Assembly: GCA_963695545.1 (NCBI GenBank)
Contig: OY968796.1
Span: forward strand, 3,616,001 to 3,680,000
Reading direction: 5' to 3'
Length of the DNA stretch: 64,000 nt
DNA from: Terriglobia bacterium
Lineage (GTDB): Bacteria > Acidobacteriota > Terriglobia > Acidiferrales > UBA7541
Position numbers and translations under genes: made by a program. A model generated the notes under the pieces. That model was not told the origin of the DNA. It made no database searches and worked only from the letters and a program-made list of their open reading frames with translations. The stretch's first letter is position 1; every line of letters begins with the position of its first letter. Of the stretch, positions 37,591-47,717 are shown piece by piece.

Positions 37591-38721
37591 TCAAAGATTC
37601 CATGCGTCGTAGCGCTTCGCCGTCGAGCGTGGCACGTCGGACGCGCGCGTGGCGGCGGGCGCGGCGTTAGCGCGCGGATTTGTCCAGCGGCCGGGGATGG
37701 CGGTGCCGCAATCGGGGCAACGGCCATCGCGGATGCGGTTTTGCAATACGTCGTGCCAGGCGCGATGCACGAGCACGCGGCGGCAGCCGGGGCAGATGGT
37801 GTCGCCGGCATCGGTTTTGATGTTGCCTTCGTAGACGTAGTGCAGTCCAGCGTCGAGCGCGATGCGGCGCGCGCGATCCAGAGTTTCGGGCGGAGTGCGC
37901 GGCTTATCGCGCATTTTGAAATCGGGATGAAACGCGGTGAAGTGCAACGGAATATCGGGGCCCAGATGCTCCAGGATCCAGTCGGCGAGCTCGCGCGTTT
38001 CGTCGGGATCGTCATTGAGTCCGGGGATCATGAGATTGGTGATCTCGAACCAAACTTGCGTTTCGTTCTTTAGCCACATGAGCGTGTCGAGGACGGGCTG
38101 CAAGTGCGTGAGCGTGGTGCGTCCGTAGAAACCTTCGGTGAAGGCTTTGAGATCGACGTTCGCGGCGTCAACGTGATCGTAAATATCGTGGAAGGCTTCG
38201 CGAGTGATGTAGCCGTTGGTGACCATCACGGTGGAAAGACCGGCGGCGTGCGCGGCGTCGCAGATGTCGACAACATACTCGCCCCAAATTGTCGGCTCGT
38301 TGTACGTGAACGCAATCGAGGGGCAGCCATTTTCGATGGCCAGCGCAACGACATCCTCGGGCGGGACGAATGTGGAATGCACTTGATCGTGCTTCGATTT
38401 CGAGATGTCCCAATTCTGGCAGAAGAAGCAGCCCATGTTGCAGCCCGCAGTGCCCATCGAAAAAACGCGCGTGCCGGGAAGAAAATGATTGAGAGGTTTT
38501 TTCTCAATGGGATCGATTTGAAGGGCGGCCGGAGAGGCGTAGCCGAGGCTGTAGAGTTTGCCGCCTTGATTCACGCGGATGAAACAGAAGCCGCTTTGTC
38601 CTTCGCCGATGTGGCAGTGGCGCGGGCAGAGGTAGCAATGAACGCGACCGGCGGGCTCGGGATTCCACCAGCGCGCTTCATGGAGCGATTCGGTCTTCTG
38701 GAAAATGCGTAGTTCTTCCAT
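37591..38721 (-). CDS. amrS: AmmeMemoRadiSam system radical SAM enzyme
   Basis: N-terminal CYLCPRHC, DPIEKKPL.HF.PG, CNMGCFFCQNW (CxxxCxxC), FTYNEP, AFHPDFKM and C-terminal CPGC/CPDC. Confidence 0.92.
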   Translation of the reverse strand: MEELRIFQKTESLHEARWWNPEPAGRVHCYLCPRHCHIGEGQSGFCFIRVNQGGKLYSLGYASPAALQIDPIEKKPLNHFLPGTRVFSMGTAGCNMGCFFCQNWDISKSKHDQVHSTFVPPEDVVALAIENGCPSIAFTYNEPTIWGEYVVDICDAAHAAGLSTVMVTNGYITREAFHDIYDHVDAANVDLKAFTEGFYGRTTLTHLQPVLDTLMWLKNETQVWFEITNLMIPGLNDDPDETRELADWILEHLGPDIPLHFTAFHPDFKMRDKPRTPPETLDRARRIALDAGLHYVYEGNIKTDAGDTICPGCRRVLVHRAWHDVLQNRIRDGRCPDCGTAIPGRWTNPRANAAPAATRASDVPRSTAKRYDAWNL

Positions 38722-38745
38722 GCGGATGGCCTCAAGACGTGTGCA

Positions 38746-38952
38746 TCAACCGCGATGCTCTTCGGCCCAATCGAGAAATCGTTCGAGGCGCTCGCGTTCG
38801 CGCCAGACGATGGCGAAAAATTGCTTTGCGCCTAGAACGTGCATGTCGCCGCCGAGCAAGGTTTCAAGGCGCCAGCGAATGTACGGGCTGGCCCAGGGGC
38901 GCACGCGATAGCCCTTGGCCGCGGTCCAGTACATGCTGAGAGCGCGCAGCAT
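38746..38952 (-). CDS. Small hypothetical protein (68 aa)
   Basis: Fits the operon between the yfiT-like gene and amrS; GYRVRPWASPYIRWRLET. Confidence 0.65.
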   Translation of the reverse strand: MLRALSMYWTAAKGYRVRPWASPYIRWRLETLLGGDMHVLGAKQFFAIVWRERERLERFLDWAEEHRG

Positions 38953-38967
38953 CGCGAGGCGCGCCGA

Positions 38968-39510
38968 TTAATTCCAACCTTTGCGCTTGCGCAGCGCGGT
39001 GACGTGGGCGACGTGGTGACGGCCGTGCCAGGAATAAATCGCCACGTTTCCATCGAGCGTGACCTGGCCCATTTCCGGATGGCGAATGGTGCGCGCGAAA
39101 TCTTCGGGCTTCATGGCGCGCAGAAGATCGACCCAGCGTTGGTGCAGCGCGATCAGCAAGGACATGGATATTTCGATGGGCAACTTGGAATCGTGCAGCT
39201 CGGCCCACAATTCCTGGTGGTAGGGCTTGATGGTGGGATCCTGCTCGGTGAGCGCGAGCTTGAAACGGACGAAAGCGTTCATGTGGCTATCGGCCACGTG
39301 ATGCACCAACTGGCGGACGGTCCAGCCGCCCTCGCGGTAGGGAGTGTCGAGTTGCGCTTGCGTGAGACCGGCCACGGCGTCGCTCAGGAGCGCGGGAGTT
39401 TCCGCGATTTGCTCGATGGCGTTGCGGCGCTCGTCGGGCGAGAGCGCGGATTTTCTTTCGAGCTTGCCGATTGGGTAACGCAGGTCGGGTGCAGCGGCTT
39501 CGGTTGGCAT
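38968..39510 (-). CDS. yfiT: YfiT-family (DinB superfamily) thiol S-transferase / metal-dependent hydrolase
   Basis: DLRYPIG, LDTPYREGGWTVRQLVHHVADSHMN, LH.RW and YSWHGRHHVAH. Confidence 0.9.
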   Translation of the reverse strand: MPTEAAAPDLRYPIGKLERKSALSPDERRNAIEQIAETPALLSDAVAGLTQAQLDTPYREGGWTVRQLVHHVADSHMNAFVRFKLALTEQDPTIKPYHQELWAELHDSKLPIEISMSLLIALHQRWVDLLRAMKPEDFARTIRHPEMGQVTLDGNVAIYSWHGRHHVAHVTALRKRKGWN

Positions 39511-39581
39511 TTCAACCTCCTAGTTCAACAGGATACCGCAATTCCCTTCCGCGGTGTCGGCCGCGAGGATTTGGAGACCGA

Positions 39582-39951
39582 GGGGGTATATATACCCCCA
39601 TACCAAATACGTAAAGTGATGAAAGCACAGGGGTTGCAGGGAAAGAGTGCGGATGAGTGTGAAAATACGTGTGTTGATATCTTGTATTTTCAGCGAGATG
39701 CGAACTCATTTGCAATCGATTGAAGACAAAGGGGTTGGAAGGGCGATTTCTCGCATGAAAGTGCAATTTGATCACGGCGAGTCGATGAAATTTCGCGGGG
39801 CGGGCAAAGCTGGCGCGGTCAGTTGCCGACGGGCTCAAGCGCGAACGTGTGCGTTTGCAAATCACCGGGCAAGGTTAGCACAATGCTAACACACTTGTCA
39901 ATATTATTGGTCGTGCATTCGAATAGGAGGGTGTGGAAATTCATTCGAACA
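39582..39951 (-). repeat. Dispersed promoter-bearing intergenic element, copy C (core 39588-39739)
   Basis: 75% ungapped identity to core A including a 26-nt identical run; perfect palindrome GGGGGTATATATACCCCC (39582-39599). Confidence 0.85.
39872..39901 (-). promoter_or_regulatory. Sigma70-like promoter of element C with overlapping palindrome
   Basis: Minus strand TTGACA-N18-TAACCT with extended TG; GTTAGCA-caa-TGCTAAC at 39874-39890. Confidence 0.6.
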
Positions 39952-40025
39952 GTGGGAAACGAAGGACGCGACATTAAGGGATGAGGCGACACGCTCATGC
40001 CCAGCGGCGGGAAGTGACGGCTAAC

Positions 40026-40065
40026 AAAAATAGGGAGGCCCGGCCCAGAGGTGCAGGGCCGGGCC
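40026..40065 (-). terminator. Intrinsic terminator downstream of 40085-40618
   Basis: 10-bp stem GGCCCGGCCC/GGGCCGGGCC followed on the minus strand by a T-rich tract after a short spacer. Confidence 0.6.
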
Positions 40066-40084
40066 AATCGGATTTGGGAATCGA

Positions 40085-40618
40085 TCAGCTTGCGGGCTTC
40101 ATTGCGGGCGCCATGGGCTTCATGGGGGCCTTGGAGACCGAGTAGGTGCCTTTGACGTCGGAGACGACGGAGCCGTCGGCTGAGCCGGTGCCGCCGTAGG
40201 TGCCGCCGCCGCTGAGGCCCTTGAGTTTTCCGGTGCCACCGACGAAGGTCCAGCTTCCGTGGAAGGTCGAGGTTCCGTCCTGGGCCATGGTTATGGTGCC
40301 GGAGTACTTCGCGGTGTAGGTGTCGCCGTTGTCCATGGTGCCGACGTCGTAGCCGTGCTCGGTGACTTTGCCACCCCAGGCTTCATCGCTGTTGACGTCA
40401 ACGGAGCTGACCGGTTTCAGGCCGGCCAACTCGAAAGGCGTGGGCCAGGTGCAGTTGCCCTTCTGAATCATCAACGCGTGGCCCGGCATATCGGTGACGT
40501 CGACGGACTGTTGCACATCGGGCTTCGGGCAGGCTTCTTTGCCCGACAGTTTCATCTGCGCGGATGCGGGCACGGCGATGGCGCAGGACATCAGCAGGAG
40601 AAGGCTCAACTTCCTCAT
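40085..40618 (-). CDS. Secreted hypothetical protein (beta-rich)
   Basis: GGAGG RBS, signal peptide ASA|Q, GSWTFVGGTGKLKGLSGGGTY motif. Confidence 0.8.
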   Translation of the reverse strand: MRKLSLLLLMSCAIAVPASAQMKLSGKEACPKPDVQQSVDVTDMPGHALMIQKGNCTWPTPFELAGLKPVSSVDVNSDEAWGGKVTEHGYDVGTMDNGDTYTAKYSGTITMAQDGTSTFHGSWTFVGGTGKLKGLSGGGTYGGTGSADGSVVSDVKGTYSVSKAPMKPMAPAMKPAS

Positions 40619-40737
40619 GTTTTACCTCCGAAGAGTATTGGAGTGACTTCCGACTTGGGACTTTTACCCGCGCATGCTAATCCTTTTAGTGGGTTCGGCA
40701 CAACGAAATTGTTACGGGCATCGCGGCGACGAAAGGC

Positions 40738-40761
40738 TGCCGGCCTGAAGGCCGGCACTAC
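40738..40761 (-). repeat. GTAG-family REP
   Basis: Minus strand GTAG-TGCCGGCC-TTCA-GGCCGGCA. Confidence 0.75.
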
Positions 40762-40782
40762 ACGGGCCGAAAGTCAAAAGCA

Positions 40783-40806
40783 CACAGGCAGGAGTGCCTG
40801 TGCTAC
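40783..40806 (-). repeat. GTAG-family REP
   Basis: Minus strand GTAG-CACAGGCA-CTCC-TGCCTGTG. Confidence 0.75.
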
Positions 40807-40815
40807 AAGGACGGA

Positions 40816-41919
40816 TTACTTCGCGACGTGCGCGGCGGCCGCCAGAGATTGAGGGAAATCTTCGGGGGCCGTGGCGTGGAATTCGGCGCGAGTCTTGGGG
40901 AGCGCGCCGGGGTGCCTCTCTTGCAGGAACTGGATTAATTTTTCGCGGACGTAGCAGCGGAGATCCCAGGCGGTGCCGGAATCGCGGGCGTCGACGAGGG
41001 CGCGGAGCTGGAGAGTTTTTTCCGTGGCGTCGCTGACTTGCAGGCTGCAGACTTCGCCCTTCCACAGATTCGTGGATTTCACGATGCGGTCGAGCTCCTC
41101 GCGCACTTCTTCGACGGGCACGGAATAATCCACGTACAACATCACCGAGCCGAGCAGATCGGCGTTGCGGCGCGTCCAATTCTCGAACGGGTGCTCGATG
41201 AAGTAGGAGAGCGGCAGGATCAGCCGGCGCAAATCCCAGATGCGAACCACTACGTAGGTGGAGCCGATTTCCTCGATCCAGCCCCATTCGCCCTCGACGA
41301 CTACGGCATCGGCGATGCGGATCGGCTGCGTGAAAGCGACCTGCATTCCGGCGATCAAGTTGGATAGCGTGCTCTTCATCGCGAGGCCGACGACGAGTCC
41401 GGCGAGGCCGGCGGAGGCGAGCAGGCTCATGCCGATGTGCTTGATATCGGGGAAGGTCATGAGCATGACGGAGACGGTGGTGATGACCACGACGACGATC
41501 ACGATTCGGTGCAGCACTACGATCTGCGTGTGGACGCCGCGCGCGCGGAGATTGTCCGCGACGTCCATGCGATAGCGCGCAGCGACAATGTCGGAGACGA
41601 CGAGGACGGACAAGATTACGAGCCAGGCGACCGCGGCGATCAGCGCGAGGCCTGCGGCGCGCTGCATCGGAGTGAGGACGTCTTCGGGAAGTCGCGCGCC
41701 GGGGAGCACGAAGAGTATCGCGAGGAGCGGGAGAATCCAGAGCGTGGGCCACTGGCCGTGGCGGACGAGCGAACTGACGAAAACATCGCCTTTGCGACGA
41801 GCGAGGCGCTTCAGAATGAAAAACAAAACAGCGTGGACGGCCAGCGCGACGACCACGGCAGCGGCCAGAACGGCGCTGGGCCAGATCCAGGCGGACCAAT
41901 CGTGGAGGAAGCGATCCAT
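40816..41919 (-). CDS. mscS: Small-conductance mechanosensitive channel family protein
   Basis: LLASAG.AG.VVGLA...LSN.IAG.Q.AFTQPIRI.D, GEWG.IEEI and PFENW. Confidence 0.92.
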   Translation of the reverse strand: MDRFLHDWSAWIWPSAVLAAAVVVALAVHAVLFFILKRLARRKGDVFVSSLVRHGQWPTLWILPLLAILFVLPGARLPEDVLTPMQRAAGLALIAAVAWLVILSVLVVSDIVAARYRMDVADNLRARGVHTQIVVLHRIVIVVVVITTVSVMLMTFPDIKHIGMSLLASAGLAGLVVGLAMKSTLSNLIAGMQVAFTQPIRIADAVVVEGEWGWIEEIGSTYVVVRIWDLRRLILPLSYFIEHPFENWTRRNADLLGSVMLYVDYSVPVEEVREELDRIVKSTNLWKGEVCSLQVSDATEKTLQLRALVDARDSGTAWDLRCYVREKLIQFLQERHPGALPKTRAEFHATAPEDFPQSLAAAAHVAK

Positions 41920-42013
41920 CTGGAAATGTTAAATAAATTGGAGCGCGGGGAAAATACGACGAATACCCTATATCGGCGGGAGCGGTAAATTCGTTCCTAG
42001 TCGAGCAATAACC

Positions 42014-42700
42014 TCAGTGGGCGTGCTTGGCGCGGCTGCGGGCGGGGCGGACCCAGATGCGGCTGGTGGCGGGCTTGCCGAGATGCACGCGGCGGCCTTC
42101 GATTTCGAGGGTCATGGTTTCGTCGTATTCGCGGCGGCGAATGCGGATGCGCGCGCCGGGGCGGAGACGCAGGCCATCGAGAAATTCGAGGAAGCGCGCG
42201 TCTTTTTCGTAGACCGAGAGAACTTCAACCGTGCGGGGGACGGCGACTTCGCCGAGCGGCATGGCGCCGCTCCGGCGCAGGCGATCGAGTCCGCCGGCCA
42301 TGGGGACGCCGTGCGGGCAGGAACCGGATGTGCCGAGGCGGCGCGCGAGGAGGCGCTCGACTTCGGGGGAGATGCCGTGCTCGAGGCGCTCGGCTTCGAC
42401 GTGTGCGCGCGTCCAATCGAGGCCGATGACGTCGGTGAGGAGCTTTTCGGCGAGCTGATGGCGCAGAGCGAGGCGCGCGGCTTCGGCGCGTCCGCGCGGG
42501 GTGAGCACGATCACGCCGCCGCGCTCGATGCGCAGGAGGCCGTCGCGCGTGAGGCGTTTGAGCGCGGCGGTGACGGCGGGCGGCGTGACGCCGAGTTCAT
42601 CGGCGAGGCGCGCGCTGATCGGGGCGCGGCGCTCCTGAACCATTTCCCAAATGGCTTTGAGATAATCTTCGCGAGAGACGCTGGTTTTTTCGCGCGGCAA
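42014..42700 (-). CDS. DtxR/MntR family metal-dependent repressor with FeoA domain
   Basis: EDYLKAI, LA..LGVTPPAVT.ALKRL, RH.L.E..L, EAERLEH and CPHG.P; TTG start with GAGGA RBS. Confidence 0.9.
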   Translation of the reverse strand: MPREKTSVSREDYLKAIWEMVQERRAPISARLADELGVTPPAVTAALKRLTRDGLLRIERGGVIVLTPRGRAEAARLALRHQLAEKLLTDVIGLDWTRAHVEAERLEHGISPEVERLLARRLGTSGSCPHGVPMAGGLDRLRRSGAMPLGEVAVPRTVEVLSVYEKDARFLEFLDGLRLRPGARIRIRRREYDETMTLEIEGRRVHLGKPATSRIWVRPARSRAKHAH

Positions 42701-42760
42701 TTTTATTTGTCCTCTGCGCTTCTCTATTCGATTACGAAAAATCGGCTGCCGGAGAAAAGC

Positions 42761-42789
42761 GGGCGGAGACAAGCTCCGCCCCTACAAAA
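42761..42789 (-). repeat. GTAG-family REP
   Basis: Near-identical to 37560-37588. Confidence 0.85.
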
Positions 42790-42864
42790 CCTATGTCCAT
42801 CGATCGCGCGATCGCAGTGCGGCGCCAACAGTGCGGTACGCGGCGCGTGCCGTCGAGCGAAGAT

Positions 42865-42887
42865 GGAGGCCTGAAGGCCTCCGCTAC
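42865..42887 (-). repeat. GTAG-family REP
   Basis: Minus strand GTAG-C-GGAGGCC-TTCA-GGCCTCC; same TTCA loop as 40738-40761. Confidence 0.75.
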
Positions 42888-42936
42888 ATAACCCATTCGG
42901 GCGGCCATCAGGCGGCGGCACGCCGTGCAAATCCTC

Positions 42937-43398
42937 TCACCGAGGGAGCGCGCGATCGAGGCGCAGCGCTAAATCTCTTAGGCGCCGCTCGATGTCATCA
43001 CAGATTTCGCGGTAAACGTCAAGGTCGGAGCCGTAGGGATCGGCCACGGGCCAATCTTCGACGCGCGGGCCGCCATCTTTCGACATCCATGCGCTGGGGC
43101 GGCCGCTCATATTGATGATCAGGTCGGCGGCGCGGCGCGTTTGCTCGGTGAGCGGCTTCGAGGAGAGGCGGGCGGCGGGAACGCCGCGTTCGGCGAGGAC
43201 GGCGGTGGTGGGCGACGCGATTGTGCCGAGGGCGATGAGGCCGGCGCTCGAGGCTTCGATCAGATCGGGATAGCGGTGGCGCGCGATGGCTTCGGCCATC
43301 GGGCTGCGGCAGGAATTGCCGAGGCAGATGAAAAGCACCTTGGTTTTTTTTGGCGCAGCGTCAGGAGTTGCGTTTGAAATTGTTTTAGGAATGGGCAC
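42937..43398 (-). CDS. Low molecular weight phosphatase / ArsC-like protein
   Basis: VLFICLGNSCRSPMAE P-loop (CX5R), SAG, SSK and DW.VADP. Confidence 0.88.
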   Translation of the reverse strand: MPIPKTISNATPDAAPKKTKVLFICLGNSCRSPMAEAIARHRYPDLIEASSAGLIALGTIASPTTAVLAERGVPAARLSSKPLTEQTRRAADLIINMSGRPSAWMSKDGGPRVEDWPVADPYGSDLDVYREICDDIERRLRDLALRLDRALPR

Positions 43399-43413
43399 GG
43401 GTGCCTGCGCGGT

Positions 43414-44040
43414 TCAGGAGTTGGTCTTCCCTGCTGCGGACGCGGAGGATTCCGCCGCGGCGGTGGCGGAGGCCATGCGCACGAAAAGTTCGTGGACGGC
43501 GGTGTCGGCGGTCAATTCGGGATGAAACGTCGCGGCGAGGATGGCGCCCTGGCGGACGAGCACCGGTTGACCCGCGCTGCGCGCGAGAATTTCGACATCG
43601 GGGCCGACGCTTTCGATGATGGGCGCGCGAATGAAAACCATTTCGAGCGGCTCGGCTTCGAGCGAAGAGGGCTCGCGGCGAATTTCGCTCGAGAGTTGAC
43701 GGCCGTAGGCGTTGCGCAGGACGACGGCGTCGAGCAGATTGAGCGAGCGCTGCGGGGGATTTTTGACTTCGCGCGCGAGGAGGATGGTGCCGGCGCAGGT
43801 GCCGAAAATGGCGCGGCCGTCGGCGGCGAAATCCACGAGCGCTTTATCGAGGCCTTCTTCGCCGAGAAATTTCAGCATGGTGGTGCTTTCGCCGCCGGGA
43901 AGGATTACGCCGTCGAGTTCTTCGAGATCGCGCGGCCAGCGGACGAGCGTGTGGGCGACGCCGAGGCGTTCGAGCGCGGCGGCGTGCGCGGCGTAATCGC
44001 CTTGGATTGCGAGGATGCCGATTTTGGGCGTTCGAGTCAT
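43414..44040 (-). CDS. pdxT: Pyridoxal 5'-phosphate synthase glutaminase subunit
   Basis: GILAIQG, LPGGESTT, GTCAG, RNAYGRQ, VFIRAP and FHPEL. Confidence 0.97.
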   Translation of the reverse strand: MTRTPKIGILAIQGDYAAHAAALERLGVAHTLVRWPRDLEELDGVILPGGESTTMLKFLGEEGLDKALVDFAADGRAIFGTCAGTILLAREVKNPPQRSLNLLDAVVLRNAYGRQLSSEIRREPSSLEAEPLEMVFIRAPIIESVGPDVEILARSAGQPVLVRQGAILAATFHPELTADTAVHELFVRMASATAAAESSASAAGKTNS

Positions 44041-44089
44041 CGTGCGATCGTTTCCGAAACAAGATTTGCGCCGCGCGTACGGGAAAATG

Positions 44090-45034
<945 letters not shown>

Positions 45035-45099
45035 GGAGATTCTCCTCAATGCAATCTTACTCAAACCTGGTTCAAGAAAACATCTGCGTAGAAATACGA

Positions 45100-46644
45100 C
45101 TACACAAGCGCGACGCGGGCCGGTTCGACGCGGCGCGAAACGCGCTGACGCTTGCGCATCTCGGATTTCAGCACCTCGGCGAGCGTGGCGATGGCGCGGC
45201 GAATTTGAGGTTCTTCGACGCCGGAAAAACCCAGGCGCAGCGTGTTGGGCTGCGGATTCTGGCAGTAGAAATATCGGCCGGGCGCGAAATCCACGCCGCG
45301 CTCGCGGACGTGAATCAGCAATTCGCTGGCGTCGAAGCCGGCGGGCAATTCAACCCACACGCACATGCCGCCCTGCGGCCAAGTCCAACGCGCGGCGGAG
45401 GGCATGTGGCGTTGGAGCGTTTGCTGCACGACGGCCAGGCGATCGGAATAAACGCGGCGCATGCGCGCGATGTGCCGCGCGAGCATGCCGCGGCGCGTGA
45501 ATTCGGCGAGCGCGGCCTGCGCGAGTTGATCGGAGTGCAGGTCGGTGGCCTGCTTCACGGAGCGCAAACGCTCAATCACGCTGGGCGGACCGACGATCCA
45601 GCCGATGCGCAGGCCGGGAAAGGCCACCTTCGAGAAGCTATCGATCTGAATCACGAGATTCGATCGATCGAGTTGGCGGAGCGAAGGCAGCTGTCGATCG
45701 TTTGCGTGCAATCGGGCGTAGATGTGGTCTTCGACGATGGGCGCTTGATGGCGCGCGGCGATTTCGAGAAGGCGGCGTCGCGATTCGAGCGGCATGGTGG
45801 TGCCGGTCGGATTGTGAAAATCGGGCGTCAGGATAATGAGCTTGACGCGATTGGCGGAAAGCGTGGCTTCGAGCGCGTCGACGTCGAGTCCGGGCGTTTC
45901 ATTTTCCGCGATGCCGCTGCGCACGGGGACGCCGAGGCAGCGCGTGCGGCCGCTATTGAAAACCGAAATCGCGCCGGTGTAGCCGGGATTTTCGAGGACT
46001 ACTGCGTCGCCGGGGCGCAGAAACGCTTTGGCCAGAAGATCGAGCGATTGCTGGCCGCCATCGGTGATGAGGAGATTTTCCGGCGCGGCGGGCGCGCCTT
46101 CCTGGCGCAGCAGCTCGAGCAGGGCTTCGCGAAGCGGCGGATAGCCGTCGGAAGGACCCATTTGCAAAATGCGCGCGCCTTCGCGCGAGAGGACCGCGTT
46201 GACGCAGGTGTGAAATTCGTCGAGCGGGAACAATTTGTGATCGGGGCGCGCCATGACGAAGGACACGGCGTCGGGCGGCCCGCCGCGGGTGAGGCGCTGG
46301 AGATTGCCGTCGGCGCGCTCGTCGGCGAAAAGAGATTCCCAGCGCAGGCTGCCGCCATTTTCGGGGACGGGCGGCGCGGGCGGGGCGAATTTCTTGGCGC
46401 CATTCGCGGTACGGATGAAAGTGCCGCGGCCGACGTGGCCCTGGATCAGGCCTTCGGATTCAAGTTCGGCGTAAGCGTTTGCAACGGTGGTGCGATGCAC
46501 GCCGAGCTGCGAGGCGAGTTCGCGGCTGGCGGGAATGCGGTCGCCGGGGCGCAGCTCGCCTCCATGAACCAGGGCGCGGAGCTGATCGCGCAGCTGGACG
46601 TAGAGCGGAACGTGGCTTTCGGGTTGCAATTGGAGAGGCAGCAT
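45100..46644 (-). CDS. MocR/GabR-family (GntR + PLP aminotransferase domain) regulator, probable PdxR
   Basis: PLYVQL...[34 protein letters not shown] and SFSK..FPGLRIG; directly upstream of pdxS-pdxT. Confidence 0.9.
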   Translation of the reverse strand: MLPLQLQPESHVPLYVQLRDQLRALVHGGELRPGDRIPASRELASQLGVHRTTVANAYAELESEGLIQGHVGRGTFIRTANGAKKFAPPAPPVPENGGSLRWESLFADERADGNLQRLTRGGPPDAVSFVMARPDHKLFPLDEFHTCVNAVLSREGARILQMGPSDGYPPLREALLELLRQEGAPAAPENLLITDGGQQSLDLLAKAFLRPGDAVVLENPGYTGAISVFNSGRTRCLGVPVRSGIAENETPGLDVDALEATLSANRVKLIILTPDFHNPTGTTMPLESRRRLLEIAARHQAPIVEDHIYARLHANDRQLPSLRQLDRSNLVIQIDSFSKVAFPGLRIGWIVGPPSVIERLRSVKQATDLHSDQLAQAALAEFTRRGMLARHIARMRRVYSDRLAVVQQTLQRHMPSAARWTWPQGGMCVWVELPAGFDASELLIHVRERGVDFAPGRYFYCQNPQPNTLRLGFSGVEEPQIRRAIATLAEVLKSEMRKRQRVSRRVEPARVALV

Positions 46645-46667
46645 TGGTTCTCCAGACCGGGCCAATC

Positions 46668-46689
46668 TACAGGATTATTATATCCTGTA
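46668..46689 (-). promoter_or_regulatory. Palindromic operator candidate overlapping the -10 box of the MocR regulator gene
   Basis: TACAGGAT-N6-ATCCTGTA enclosing a minus-strand TATAAT (46677-46682). Confidence 0.6.
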
Positions 46690-46791
46690 AAGAGCCATAT
46701 TGTCTCCCCACGAGAGGGCGCGTGGCGCGCCCGGCGAAGCGTAAACTAGCGAGGCGTTATTGCTTCAAGAGCCGCGAGGCCTCTACGAACG

Positions 46792-47421
46792 ATGACAGAT
46801 AGAGCAGCGCTCGGATATTGGTTGGTGGCGTTCGTGGCGACGGCGATCGCGGTCGTGGCGTGCGTCGCGTACGTCGATCGGCCTGTGGCGGAATTTTTCG
46901 ACCTGCATGTTCGCCACACTATGGCGTGGGTTTGGATTGAGCGGGGGTTGGCTCCGCTCAATTGGATTGTGGTGCTGGAGCTGGTGCTCCTCTTTGCTTG
47001 CGGGATATGGGTTGGGTCGGGCGGCGCGCTTGGTTCGTGGACTCGGGCGCCGCTTCTCTGCTTGTGGGCGACGATGTGGGCCATCGCGGCGGAAATCATT
47101 TTCAAACGCATCTTTGGCCGCGGTTGGCCCGATCCGACGTATGTGCGGGACGGCCTGTTCGGATTCCATTGGCTACATGGCGGCCCGCACTGGGAAGCGT
47201 TTCCGTCAGGAACGGCGTCGACTTGCGCTGCGATCGCGACGGTTCTTTGGATGGTCGCTCCGCGCTGGCGGACGGCCGGCCCGCTGATCGCTGCCCTGCT
47301 GAGTGTCGCGGTGGTGGTCACGAACGACCACTGGGTGGGAGACGTGATCGCGGGGGCGTTTCTGGGCGCGACGATCGGATGGATGACGGTTCGACTGGCA
47401 GCGGCCGCTCCGCGCAACTAA
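46792..47421 (+). CDS. PAP2 superfamily membrane phosphatase-like protein
   Basis: K.IFGR.WP, AFPSG and HW.GDV.AG motifs; the catalytic PSGH reads PSGT and the SR motif is degenerate. Confidence 0.8.
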   Translation: MTDRAALGYWLVAFVATAIAVVACVAYVDRPVAEFFDLHVRHTMAWVWIERGLAPLNWIVVLELVLLFACGIWVGSGGALGSWTRAPLLCLWATMWAIAAEIIFKRIFGRGWPDPTYVRDGLFGFHWLHGGPHWEAFPSGTASTCAAIATVLWMVAPRWRTAGPLIAALLSVAVVVTNDHWVGDVIAGAFLGATIGWMTVRLAAAAPRN

Positions 47422-47717
47422 CGAAGCAATGCGCTCCGCGCAGTCCGGTCGGCCCTGATTTCGGCAGTCGCAAACGTCTTGACGAGGCAAAGGGCCCAGA
47501 CGCGAAATCGGGGCTTGTGAGACGTGCAAGAACAAGCCGTAGGGACTCCGCCGATGTCACCGGAGCCTGCTCTGCCGCGAAATTCTTTGGGGACGGGACA
47601 GGGGAGGAGTACGATGCGCCAGAAATTGAGCCAAATCGGAAATCCCGATTTAATGGCGTCGCGCGGTAAAGTCAATCGACCGTTTCTGAGGGTTCTCGGC
47701 TGTGCGAGCGAGGTTCG

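Noticed and set aside
39874..39890. CIRCE (HrcA) operator
   Set aside because: Shares TTAGCA/TGCTAA but lacks the CTC-N9-GAG centre; the spacing is wrong
45049..46749. 566-aa plus-strand ORF
   Set aside because: Antisense to the well-supported MocR-family gene
47421..47717. c-di-AMP (ydaO) riboswitch upstream of the osmoprotectant ABC genes
   Set aside because: Context is suggestive but I could not find the conserved motifs in order; needs an Infernal search
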